A stretch of DNA of 16,892 nt, from the NCBI GenBank assembly GCA_041572575.1, contig JBFFSH010000055.1, positions 1 to 16,892 of the forward strand, read 5' to 3'. Below are positions 16,525-16,892 of this stretch, piece after piece; within the stretch, counting starts at the first letter, position 1; the number at the start of each line of letters is the position of its first letter. This DNA is from Thermodesulfobacteriota bacterium (lineage in GTDB: Bacteria; Desulfobacterota_D; UBA1144; Nemesobacterales; N074bin48). The notes below the pieces were generated by a model. It did not search any database and was not told where the DNA came from. It was given only the letters and a program-made list of their open reading frames with translations. Both the position numbers and the translations under genes were made by a program.

Positions 16525-16583
16525 AAATATAATAAACATAAGACCATAAAACATAACAATAATTCATAAAAGGAGAGAAGAAC

Positions 16584-16892
16584 ATGGGCACTAAAGCTTT
16601 ACACGAAGGGTTTAGACCTTTACACGATAAGGTATTGGCCAAGAGGCTTGGAAGTGAAGAAGTAACAAAGGGCGGGATAATAATTCCAGAGACTGCACAG
16701 GAAAAACCTCAGGAAGGCGAAGTAATTGCAGTGGGTACAGGAAGAATTTTGCCTGACGGGACTGTTGTTCCACTTGAAGTCAAAAAGGGAGATAAAATCC
16801 TTTTTAGTAAATATGGTGGTAACGAATTAAATATAGAGGGTGATGATTACATTATCCTTGAAGAAAATGACATCCTGGCAGTACTAAAGTAA
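16584..16892 (+). CDS. groES: Co-chaperonin GroES
   Basis: FRPLHDKV...TKGGIIIPETAQEKPQEGEVIAVGTG...VKKGDKILFSKYGG; AAGGAG RBS; stop at the window end. Confidence 0.98.
   Translation: MGTKALHEGFRPLHDKVLAKRLGSEEVTKGGIIIPETAQEKPQEGEVIAVGTGRILPDGTVVPLEVKKGDKILFSKYGGNELNIEGDDYIILEENDILAVLK

Noticed and set aside
16530..16570. Repeated CATAA words in the groES leader
   Set aside because: They are short, irregularly spaced and expected by chance in A-rich sequence.
1..16892. CRISPR arrays, tRNA/rRNA genes, riboswitches
   Set aside because: Intergenic gaps are short (under 250 bp) and AT-rich; I saw no repeat-spacer pattern or structured-RNA signature by eye. A covariance-model search was not possible.

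Overview
AT-rich bacterial chromosomal window; gene style suggests a diderm Desulfobacterota/Dadabacteria-like organism, but this is an impression only. Left to right: (i) the probable left end of an IS1595/IS1016-like insertion sequence, cut by the window edge and missed by the ORF track; (ii) a minus-strand operon of a sirtuin-fold protein lacking its catalytic residues, a tandem-domain ThyX and a pentapeptide-repeat protein, driven by a perfect sigma70 consensus promoter that appears to give a leaderless mRNA; (iii) a divergent tolQ-tolR-tolA, histidine phosphatase, argS, SPOR-protein run with an ECF-sigma-like promoter and no tolB/pal; (iv) an ~8 kb signalling block: REC-PAS-pseudoREC-LuxR regulator, PAS-GAF-HisKA_2 kinase, dCache-HAMP-PP2C phosphatase, RsbW-like kinase, STAS protein, a 65-aa unknown protein and a sensorless REC-HK-REC hybrid kinase; (v) groES with a sigma70 promoter and CIRCE. 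Best novelty candidates are the pseudo-sirtuin/ThyX/pentapeptide operon and the probably amine-sensing partner-switching module with its small extra gene. All assignments come from reading motifs by eye; no searches were run.
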